A DNA stretch of 64,000 nucleotides. Source: a virus. Location of the stretch: the IMG/VR virus record IMGVR_UViG_3300029923_000015, positions 14,732-78,731 of that record. One strand, given 5' to 3'. This document shows positions 30,709 to 42,700 of the stretch, in pieces; the first letter of the stretch is position 1, and the number at the start of each line of letters is the position of its first letter. The position numbers and the translations under genes were made by a program. The notes under the pieces were generated by a model. It saw only the letters and a list, made by a program, of their open reading frames with translations, ran no database searches and was not told the origin of the DNA.

Positions 30709-33700
30709 ATGCCTACAAATAAACAAAACAGAGCATTAGCTCCTAAATCATTTACTGATAAATTAAGGGTCGAAAATACAATTGGGGGGCTAGTCTCTAG
30801 CTCCTCTGCTTTAAGCGAATCGGTAGATGAATTAAAACAAAGTACCGGTGTGGTTGATAGAACTCCATCACAAATTCAAGATGATAACGAATCTGTGTTT
30901 GACAAAGTTACTGATGCTGTTAGTTGGATTACCCCATCTACTAAGAACTCATTGAAAGTTGTTGATTGGCTGTCTGGGTCCAGAATAACGCTAGCTAATG
31001 ATCTAGATAGGACGAAGGTGGATACAGATAATGGAGACCTAAAAATGCTTCAAAACAAATCTGACGCGGTAGACTATATACAGAATATAGCCCCTCTAGA
31101 ACCTTTATGGCCAGAAGTCCTAAGGCAGGTTAATCTATGGAAAAATAGACCAATGTCTGAAAGAAAATCAGAAGATGTTAAAACGTCGGCTCCAGAACCT
31201 ATTTCGAAAAAAAATCCATTTTCTGATTTAAATAAATTTGTAAGTTCTACTTATGGAAGACAGACTACTACTGAAAAACTTTTATCAGAAAAAAAACAAA
31301 TAGAAGATAGAAATAGTCCAATAGACAAAAATGGGAATGTTAAAAATTGGGTATCCGACCAACACAAAGCCGAAGTGTTAGCAGGAAACTATAAGCCATC
31401 AGATGATAATACATTAAAGGGTTCTAATGTATATAAATACCTTAGTGACTATGAGAAATCAGTAGCGGACCAAACTAAATTTCCATTCGTTGAATTTGGG
31501 GGTGATCTTCCTGGTATAGGAGACATGCCTCCATATCTAAGAGCCGCGTATATTAAACATTCTGGGGCCCTTAGATACTATGAGCAGGCTAGGAAACAGA
31601 TGGGCGGAAAAGATGCATTTAAAAACACGTTTGAAAATACAGTATACAACTATACACCAGATCAATCTGTCAATAAACAAAAGCAGTTGCCATCTACATG
31701 GGATTTGGAGAAACATATAAACGAGATAGATTATGGTAATTCAGACTCATTTAATAGTTATAAAAAAACTGCTGTAGATTATTCTAAAAGGGTGAATGCT
31801 GAAATTGTAGACTATAGAAAATCGTTATTAGCTAGGAGCCAGCCAAGTGAGTATTATAAACAAAAAATGGAAGAAGGTAATCTTCTATATACTACCCCTG
31901 GCACCATAGGTTCATCATCGTCTGAGGCATTATCTCAGTGGGGATCTATGGCTGCAGAAATAACAATAGCTGCCATACCATCTATTTTGAAAATGCCATC
32001 ACTTCAGCCAATAGCGGATATAGTTGCTGCCGGGGTTAATGTAATGATGAACGTTCACCAAAGGAATAAAGAAGATTTAGCAGAAGTCGAACAACAAGGT
32101 AATACGAAGATAGATAATACAATAAAAGCGGCATATGGTAAAACAATAGAAGATTTTACTGATCAAGAGTTGTTAGCAAAAGTTCCATATGATAAATCTA
32201 ATTTAACCTTCATGGCTAATGCAAAGGGTGAGTTTAAAAGAGATGGAAAGCTATCAGAGAACACTAAATATGATTTAACTAGGGGGATTAGAAATGGTAC
32301 ATATAAGACCAATGATCCAGTAATAAATGAAGCTATAAAATCAGAGAGAAAGGGCCTTCAGGAGTATTGGGACAGAGATCAGGCATTCATGCTTGGAGAC
32401 ATCGTAACTAGTGCTTCCGTCGCTATTCCTGGTGCTAGTTTTATAAAAAGTTCATTCTCTAGACTTGCTAAGAATGCAGTAGAGGAGACTTCGGAGAGAA
32501 TGGTAGGTAAGTTATTATCTGGTGAATCAAGAGCTGTGAGAGGCCTTAAAACGATCACAGACGCCACTAGGATGGCTTATGATAAGTCATTGGGAAGATT
32601 CTCTAAGTCTAAGGCTGCACCATACCTGTCTTTAGCTGCAATACATACAATTAATGCAGGTTCTGAATACTTAGAAGAGGGCGGACAATATGTGAATGGA
32701 CAAAATTATATATATGACAATCAAGTAGAGAACACTAAATATATGAATTCTCTTATAGATGGTTATGCCGGAGGGTTAACTGGTGTTGCTCAAGTCCTTG
32801 GTCTATCAAACGATAATAGGTACATTAATAGAGATGATTTTCAACGGAACGCTGTACCTGGATTTGTGTTAGGGATGATAATGCCATTGCCATTTACTGC
32901 AATGCATGTTAATAGTAAAATTCAAGAACAAGTAAAAGATAAGCAAGCTAGGAAATTTGTTGAAAGTCAAATATTACCATCTGTAAAAAAAGACTTTATT
33001 GATGGTAGTATAATATCTGATTTAGATTCTAATACCAGAATGATTAAATCTCAGGCATATGTGAATTCTGCAATACAAGGCAGAGGCGCACATGTAATCT
33101 CTAATATAGAGAAGATGATTGCAAATCCACCTGAGGGAACTACTAGAGAGCAACTACAGGAAGAGTTAGAAATAGCAAAAGAAACTATAGGAATTGCAGA
33201 AAGTAAGCAAGTAAAGAAATTTGCTAAAACTGATGCTGATTTAGAAGGGACAGAACAATATGGATCTAATAATCATAAGTTACTAGTTGGTCTTATAATG
33301 GATCATAGGCGCTCCAGAAGTCTATCAGAAACTGCTGTAGCTGAAACAAATTCTACCGTAGTCAATACTGAACGTAAAGACTTTGCTGCAAATCCAGTAC
33401 TTGGAGAGTATTTTAAAACTATAAATGCAAAAAGACAAGAAGAAGGCAAGCCTGTTATTGATACTATTCAACAGATTAAGTTAGTTGGACTAGATAATAG
33501 ATTGAATTCTATTGCTATAGCAATTAAAACTAAAAATGCTAGCAATGACAATGAAAAGGCGCAAGGAGTAGATGGATATTTATCTGATAGCAGTAAGCAT
33601 TTTATGCATGAACTATTACAAGATCAAAAATCTACTGCGGCTCAAATATTTAAAATAAAATCAGACTACGAGATTACTGATGAGGAATATAATGATTTAC

Positions 33701-36700
33701 CAGATGCGATTCTATCTAATGATCACAACGCTGCATTAAATAAGAATGTAGTAGCTCAAGCTGGTATAAGATATGACTCTTATATGGAAGCTGGATTACT
33801 TGGTTATAAAACTAAGGCAACTAATACTGGTTATTCATTAGAGAAAATGAGTGATAGTTCTCATGAAAATTTTGTATTAAAACATTTAAATAAATACAAA
33901 GACTCTAGAGATATTGAGACGACCAATGAAGATAGTCGATTACAGAAAGAGGTTGACGATGCAAATTATGAAGAGAATCATGATAATGCGGAATCTCAAG
34001 GCGTATCTCATCCAGGAGAAAGGGTAGAACCCTCAGAAAAAGTAGCTCCAGAACCAATATACACAGATGACGCTGCTAATGATTTAGCAATGACGTTCCC
34101 ACCTACAGACGATACTAATCCCCCTGTTATCTCTGAGACTAATGAAGAAAGAGAATCTAAATTTAATCAGGAAGCTATAGACAGAGAAACTAGGAGAGCC
34201 GGTCAAGAGGCGCAAGCAGAAGCATTTAAAATAGCTCAAGAAAAAGATAAGGTCCAAGCTAAAACTCTTCCATCAGACGATATTAAAACTCCATCAGAGG
34301 AATCAAACTCAGAACAGTCAGAGAATACAGAGGCTATTGACTCCGAAGAACAGGAAATATTGAAGGGAGACATAGAATCTCTTGAGCAGTCTATGCAGGA
34401 TCTAATCCACAGTGAAGAAGATGTAGCAAGTCCGACCCAAGAAGAAGGTTCAGAATCTGTGGAGGTAGCAGAAAAAAAGGACGAAGTAAAAGATATAGAA
34501 GAAGCTGGTGGATTTGTTTCGTCGTTTAGAGTAAATAGACTATTCTTTGGAGTTATGTCTGACGAATTAGCTAAATCAGTTAGGAAACTTTCTACTGGTG
34601 GCTTTAAAAGTTCAAAACAACTTGGAGAAATGCTTCGCTCAGAGAATGCTTTATCTGATTGCGAGTTCGAAATATATGTTACTCCTGATAATAATGGAAT
34701 ATTTGCAATTGGTAGTAAATCTACGTACGATTATGCTAATATCTTAGTAAAAATAACTAAGAGATCAGGAGATCATTCAGGAGATTATCTGTCTGTTGTT
34801 AGGGACCCTCGCGTCTTGCTAAAAGATAGTGACGCAACTCCGACTGGAGATGATACCACGGACTTGTCTAAGTTCAGAGAGAATATAATAAATCTAGTCC
34901 CATTGACCATGACCAAAAGTGATGGTAAAACGACTAAGACTAGAAAGATTGTGGCTACTTCTATAAAACTAGTTGATGGCATAATTAATACTTTGAGAGA
35001 TAAGACAAACCCAATTATTCATGTCCAAAGGAAGCTAGAAGAGATTCCTGGTTTTAACTTACCTAGATTGGGAGATGGGAAGGTTAATTGGAATTTAGTT
35101 AATACAAAAACAATAAATTTACTTTATGGTGGTGGGGAAACAAATTATAACGATTTACTCACTCCGGGAGGATCCGCATCTGGGTTTAGCACCAGAGAAA
35201 CTAATGCTGGTAATGCATACTTATTAGTTCCTGGCAATGTTTCAAAATCCCCTAAAAGGGTCCATGTTAATATGAAGCAATTTAGCAGGGAAGATCCATC
35301 TGTGGTTAACTTCATAATTGGGTTATTGACTGGTGATGGGAGAACGTATATAAATACTAAAGGGAAATTAACAGATTCTGGTATCAGTGCTTTTGACATG
35401 ATCAATAAAATTGTTAATTTTGGACCAACAACAGAAGTTGGAGAGAACAGGACTGCAGAACAAAGAATATTTCTTACGCCTAAACAGTTTTACGTAGACT
35501 CTAAATTTGGGTTTATTCAACTTGGAGAAAACAAAATGAATCTAGATGAACTTAGAACAGAGTCTGGAATAACTAAGTTAAGAGAATTTGTAACATCTAA
35601 TTTGCACTGGAATCTAGATAAAAATGATCTTGTAAATACTAGCGAGAATGTTATTGGAGAAAAAGACAATAAGATAAAGGATCTATTTCCATCATTAAGT
35701 AGGGTGTTTAATGACGAGACAAATAGTATCACGTCGGCTACATTTGCAGAAGGATTAACTATATCTAAAGATGATATGGAATTGACATGGGCTGCGTGGT
35801 TGCTAAAGAATGGCAAAATTACATCTGACGCCATTGACGATATATTTACTCCTCCATTTATGCATTTAGAGGCATTTAAGGTTATCGATAATGAAGATAA
35901 TGCAATTGTATCAACTAATGGTGGAGAGTTGCTTAAAACGCCTCCAGTGAATCCACAACTGCTGTCTAGCGTAATAGATTCTGTATCGGATAAAGATATA
36001 GACGTCCCAATCAAAAAAGAGACAGGAAAGACTCCAACATTTGCGGATCTGAAACGGAAAAAACGTAATCTTCCGAAGGGCCCTTCTGCTTTAAGTATAC
36101 TGAAAGAGGACATAAAGGAAAGAGTTAACTTCGCTGTTGAGTCAAAATGGATTGTGTCCAAGTTAGGTATGGAAATAGAAGACATCCACGAACTAGATAG
36201 AGTATTAACTCTTGCTGGCGATAGACAGGCTATGGGCGCTATGTATGAAGATTCTATAGCAATATGGAAAGGGTCTGAAGAAGGTACTGGGTATCATGAA
36301 GCTTGGCATAGAATTTCTTTACTTATGTTTAGTAGGGCTGAACGAGTTAAAGTCTATCAAATAGTAAGAGATTCTGTTAAGTCAATGAAAAATGCGGATA
36401 GTAATTCCGTTGAAGAGTACTTAGCAGAAAGATTTAGACAATGGAAACTAGATAATGAATCTATTAATGACCATTATGGGATAAAGAGATTCTTTAGGAT
36501 AGTTGCTAATTTTACTAATAAACTACTTGGTTTATCGCCAAAAAGCCTAGATAGGTTATTTAAGGATGTTGAACTTGGTGTGTTTAAAGGTCATTCTATT
36601 AATCAAAACAGCTTAAGAGAATTTAAAGACAAGTATGGTGATGCTGCTCCCTATGGAATAACGGAACTTAATTTAAATAATATACAAACTTATACTCAAT

Positions 36701-39700
36701 TGTTTGAGATAAGGGATGCGCTGTTATATACTTTATTTAGAGTAAATGGAGTTTCAGGAATAGACAAAAATGTTGAGGATATTGACTTTGGTAAATTAAA
36801 TGCTACTATAAAACAATCAGCAGAAGAAGAGACTGACCCACAAAGAAAAGCTTTGTTCGAAGAAATCCATGATCGATTCGAAGAGGTATTTATTCCTAAA
36901 TTGAAACGCTCTCTAACATTAATGGGAATAAGAGAGATTGACGAGTATAATGCTACCGATACTAGTTCTAATCAACTTGCTGATGAAATGGCTGACCACT
37001 CCAAAGCCTCTTATGAGATATCCAAAAAGGATAATATAAGGACTGGAGTAAAGATGTTCATTGCAACAATGGAGCACTCTGAAATTAAAGATGGCGAATT
37101 AGAGTTTATTGAAGAACCAATGACCGGTTTATACAAATTTATACCATTTGACGTTGCGTGGAATACCATGATATCTCATTTGTCAAATGAAAGGACTGTA
37201 GAGTCTATGATTGGAAAGATATCTAGACTATCTGAAAATAACGCATTTTATAGGAATTTACTTGAGAGAATAAGCGAATTAGACGAAGATGGGAATCCCA
37301 TGCTAGACGAGAACTTTAAGACTCAATTTTGGAATACAATGTTCAGCTTAAGACATGAGTTCATTAACATTGGATATAAAGAGCAATTGCAGTCCCAAAA
37401 CCAAGTAGAGTCATTGTTTAATGTAATGGACAGTGATGTGGATAGGGCTACCAAGACGTTGCCATTGGCTTGGGGCCAAATGTTATCAGAAGATGAAAAT
37501 ATATATCCTACTGATGCGAATGGACAAAAAACATTTAATGCAAAATACGTTGAATCAATTAGAACTGAGTTTAGAGATGGTATTTCTAATCCAGTTAATT
37601 GGTCTAAAAATGGTATAGATATCGCTACGGAAGAAGGAAGACGTCAAGTAATAAACAAAATAGTATCATTATACAGCAAACTCGGAGTTAACATAGACTC
37701 TGAAACAATAGAATACATGCTATCTAGTGGTAATGGAGGCCCAGAGAATTCAATAGAATCACTTATGGATTATCTTACCAATAGGAAGTCAGGCAAAATG
37801 TATTTACTGTTCAATAATATACTTAAGTCTCTTATTGATAACGATGGGTCCATCTATAAAAAAGATAGATATACTAAGATTAATAGGAAGATGAGCACAA
37901 AAAACATATTCCTAGGTGAAAAGTTTGCTAAAAACCTAGCCGCAGCATATATTAAGGTCCATCCATCCCCAGAAGAGGTAACTGTACTTGGTGCCGATGG
38001 AGCTAAATTATATCAGATATCATTAAATAATTACTTATCAGATAAAGTAAGAGACATAAATCAATCTCCAGAAGCTATTGATGAGTTACTAAAGTCTACT
38101 TATAATAGAGGAAGATTAGATCAAGGTGGAATTGGTACTGGATCCAGATTGCTTAGTCAACTTAGAACTGGGGTCGCTTCTAAAATCCAATTAAAAACAT
38201 TCGTAAAGCTGTACGAAGAAGAGACTAAGGATAAAGGTAGAGACTATTTAGATATATCTCCCGCAGAAGACTATGTGATGAAAATGGCAGCAATGTCAAA
38301 AGATTATATGTGTTTACCAACCATGGCAGATAAGAAAACATACATGTTTATATCTGGAATAAAACTTATACATGAAGGTATTATATATAATAGAACGGTC
38401 GTAGATAATCCAGATGGGACCTCTAATAATGTTATAAATATAGATTTCGGACCAGAGGCTAAGGATCAATTAGGAGAATATTTTATTGCAGAATTATATA
38501 CAATAAGAGATGCTTGGGATGAATATCAATTACAAGGAGGTGATCAGAATAAACTAGAAAAAGTGTATCACTTTGGTGGCGAGAATATGAACACAGGCAA
38601 AAAGTGGTCTGAAAATCATGGCAATGGTTTGCGATTTAGGCACTTTGGAGATATGGTTCATGCGCTTTCAATTGGAGGCGAAGTAAAAACTTCTAATTTA
38701 AGTTTAAATGACTACTTAGATGCTGCAGTATTAGCAGATCCAAAAGATGGTTTAACTATTGCCTTAAACAACTTAGAACGTATATTTATTACTAATAAAG
38801 ATAGTGACATAGAACAGGGTGCTACTACCGTTAGAAATGATATGATTAATGCATCGTTAACTACTGCATTATACCAGGAACTGGAATATTGTAAATCTAT
38901 AGGTGTAATACAATATGATGGGTCAAATACATATACATTAAATAATAAACTATTAGATAAAGGCGATTTCAACAAACACTCATCAAATGCTAAAAATTCA
39001 GTATTCAGCAACACTTACGGCGGATACGAAAATCAAGCAGCTACTATTCAAATGATTGGGGAGGGATTAGTTAATGGAATCATATCTGTCAATGAGTTTG
39101 AAAAAATCATATCAAAAGACCCTTCGTTCTATCCAAATCCAGACTCTAAAATAAAGAGATTATCATCTATACTTTCTACCGGGTCTAATCTTAGAACTGA
39201 TTGGCCTGTTGGGCATAGACTAAGTGGAGTAACTAAATTTAATTCTTCCGAGTTAAATGACAATAAAGTAGGTAGCAATCAATTTGCTGAACTTAGAAAT
39301 AGATTCCTTGCAAGTTCCATTAATAGTGAATTAAGAAAGTCGTTAAAACAGACAATACCTAATTTGCTAGACTTAATAAATAACAAGTTTTTGCCTATAG
39401 CCGAAAGAGATGTTGGTAAATTATCTGAATTAGAAGAGTTAAATAAACAATACAAAAAACAATTTGCTATAGGATCTAAGTCTGTTGAAAATAGTTTCCT
39501 TGGATATGGTGAGAAAAAGATAAATGAGACTGATGCTACTGTTTATATATCTCCATCTATGTATAGGAATATAGTAGAGATGCTTGGCGAATGGTCTCCG
39601 GAAATGGAAGATGCATTTAATTTACTTGAATCACCAGATCAATCATGGATGAATGATGATGTTAAGTACACTTCAGTTATGAATTTGGCTCTTAAACCAT

Positions 39701-42700
39701 TGAAAATGATCTATTTTGGCGACAGAATCGATGAAATAAGGAATTTAGATATACCTAAACTTGATAAGATGGCTATGTTCCCTCTTTTCAGGGCTCTAGC
39801 TGGAGGCGATCTATCTACTTTATATGACAGAATGAATATAGATGAAGTTGCCACAGGAATGCGTAAAATCGATATGGTGGCATTTAATAGTGCTGTTAAA
39901 GTTGGTAATGGGAAAACTATGTCTTTTTACAAGGATGGTACTCAGTCAGAGATTAATGATCTATCGAATATGGCTCATGAAGAACAGGAGTATAAATATC
40001 TTAGACGTCAGCTATTAACAGATCCTCACGAGAGCGCTAACATTAATCTAGGCACACAAGCTAATAAAACTGGATTATCAAACATATTATCAGATAAAAC
40101 ATACAGTAATATAGATCTAAATGGTAAAAAAGGTGCTACCGGCGCTGAATTGATTGCAATCGCAAGAGAGTCTAATATTGCCTTGTCTGATCTTGGTGTT
40201 AATTCCCTTTCTAAAGAATTAGGAGTTACAACAAATGAGAGTGGACAACAGGAGGTAAATGAAGACGATTTATATAAATTATTATCTGAGGACGCTGAAA
40301 ATTCTGGCATGTCTGTCGATATTATAGAAAAACTTAGTACTAAAGATGGTGAAAAAAGATATCCACTTCAGGGTTTACTAGATTGGAAATGGATTGAGTC
40401 AAGAATAATGGCTACTATTGGGAAGAAAGTTATTGACGTTCAGACCCCAGGAGGTATGTTTATTCAAATGACTCCATTTGGTTTAAAATCTATAATGTCT
40501 CAACAATTAAATGAAGGTAAGATAAGTCAAGAAGATTATGATAAATCACATAAAGGGAAACATCTTATAAATAATGGTATGCCATTAAGATTCTTTGACG
40601 ATGGATCTATGGAAACAGTTATTTCTATTACTATGTTTAAAGATGTACTACCAAAAGAAATAAAGAACTTTTCTGCTCAAAAACAATGGCTTATTGATAA
40701 TAAAATAATAGGCCCAAATTCACAAGCATCATCTATTGGTTATAGAATTCCTACACAAGGCTTATCATCGATGTCATCATTAAAAATAGTAGACGTAATG
40801 CCTGCTAATATTGGAGATACAATAGTATTGCCTACTGAGTTTACCAAACTAACTGGTTCTGATTTTGATATTGATAAACTTTATATTGCTAGATATAACT
40901 TTAAAAAGAACGAATCAGGAGTGGTCGAAAAAATGAAATTCGATGATTCATTGTCTATCGATGGAAAAGACTCGTATCATTCTAATTCAAAAGAAGCAGT
41001 TCAAAATAGACTTTTAGATGTATTTATGGCAGTTCTAACTGACCCAGATAGTACTCATGAAACTAGAATGCCACTTGATACTGTGACTGATGAATTAAAA
41101 GACAATATACTTAGTGATGTTGAATCATTAATAAATGTAAGCGAAAAAACGTCTCCATTCAAATACTTATCTCCATCATTTCAATCCAGGAAGAAAGAAG
41201 AGTATTCTACTGGTAAGCGTGGTATAGCTCCATTTGCATTAGGTAATGCCCATCATGTATTAACTCAAACTGCAAAATTGGAGTTTAATAATAGAGGCCC
41301 AATTAGAAAATTCGAAATGAGTAGTTTGCACGATATAGATGGTATAGATGGTAAACGTATACTTGACTGGCTATCTGCTATGATTAATGCTCACGTCGAT
41401 GTTGCTAAGGACCCTTATATTACTAGACTTAATGTTAATCAATACACATATAATACTGTCAGTTTATTATTGAGAACAGGTATTGGTGGAAATTCGTTCT
41501 ATTTTATGCCACAGCCCATATTAAAAGAAATAGCTAACGGTGTAAGACTTGTAGATGGTCAATATGGCGCCGACAAAATGGCTTCTGCTTTTGAAAAAGA
41601 AGAGCGCGTAGTTAGATCAGTCAGCAGAAAATATATGAATATGGCAAAGGTTGCTATATTAGCAGAAGGCGATGTCGATGAGAGGAAACAAAGATTACTT
41701 GATGGATTGAATAAATTTGATAAAAATAAACACAAAATACTAGATAATGGACACGTATTTGATAAAGAATATTTAAGGACTCAATTAGCTAGCATTTCTG
41801 GAACATTTGAACATGCATATAATCAGCTACTCATATTTGAAACATATCAAGAACTTCAACCATTTTCTAAGTCATTGGCAGAATTAGTTAAGTATTCTCA
41901 GATTGACAATAAAAAATGGGGGAATAGCCTCACCTCTATTAAACTATTTGCCAAGAACGTTCAAGCAATTAAAGAACTTGGTAATAAGAGCGTATTTAGA
42001 AATGTATCTCAATTCTACGCTGAAACATTTTTGAATGCTAAACTAAAGAATGCATTGAGTATGTCTAATTTAGTCGGAAATGGTAGATTCTTCAGAACTA
42101 CTGACTCGGTTGAAAATTTCATAAATAAAATTGCATCTAGAATAAATAGTAGAAATGTAATGAATGAAGATACTGTAGTAGAAATTGCTAATGCAGTTGA
42201 CTCATTAATAAAATCTAAATTCTATATTGATTTAGCTAAAGAGAATAATACAGATATAGGTGGAATATTCTTTGGCGATAATACAATTGCAAAAAGATTA
42301 TATAAGATTAAACAAAAGATTAAAGACGAGGTTAGTGCATATGCATTATTAAGTAATAATACATTTTTAAATAATATTGAACCTGAAATATCAGAAGTAA
42401 ATATAGATCCATATAATCAACGTCCTGATCATGTATATGTTACATCTTCTGTAAAAAACGATAATTATGCAACTGAAATAAAAGAATACTGGGGCGAGTT
42501 ATTAGATAGTCCAATTCCTGAGGTCAAATCATTTGCACATGATTTTATACTTTATCAATACTTCTCTAATGGTGAAAATGGTGCATTTAATCAAGTCAAA
42601 CTTGGAGAAGATGTTAGATCTGATATTGGGTTTGGTGATTTTGTAAATAATAAATTAGAGGAATTTAAAAAGACTCAAGATCCATTTGAAAATGAGCAAG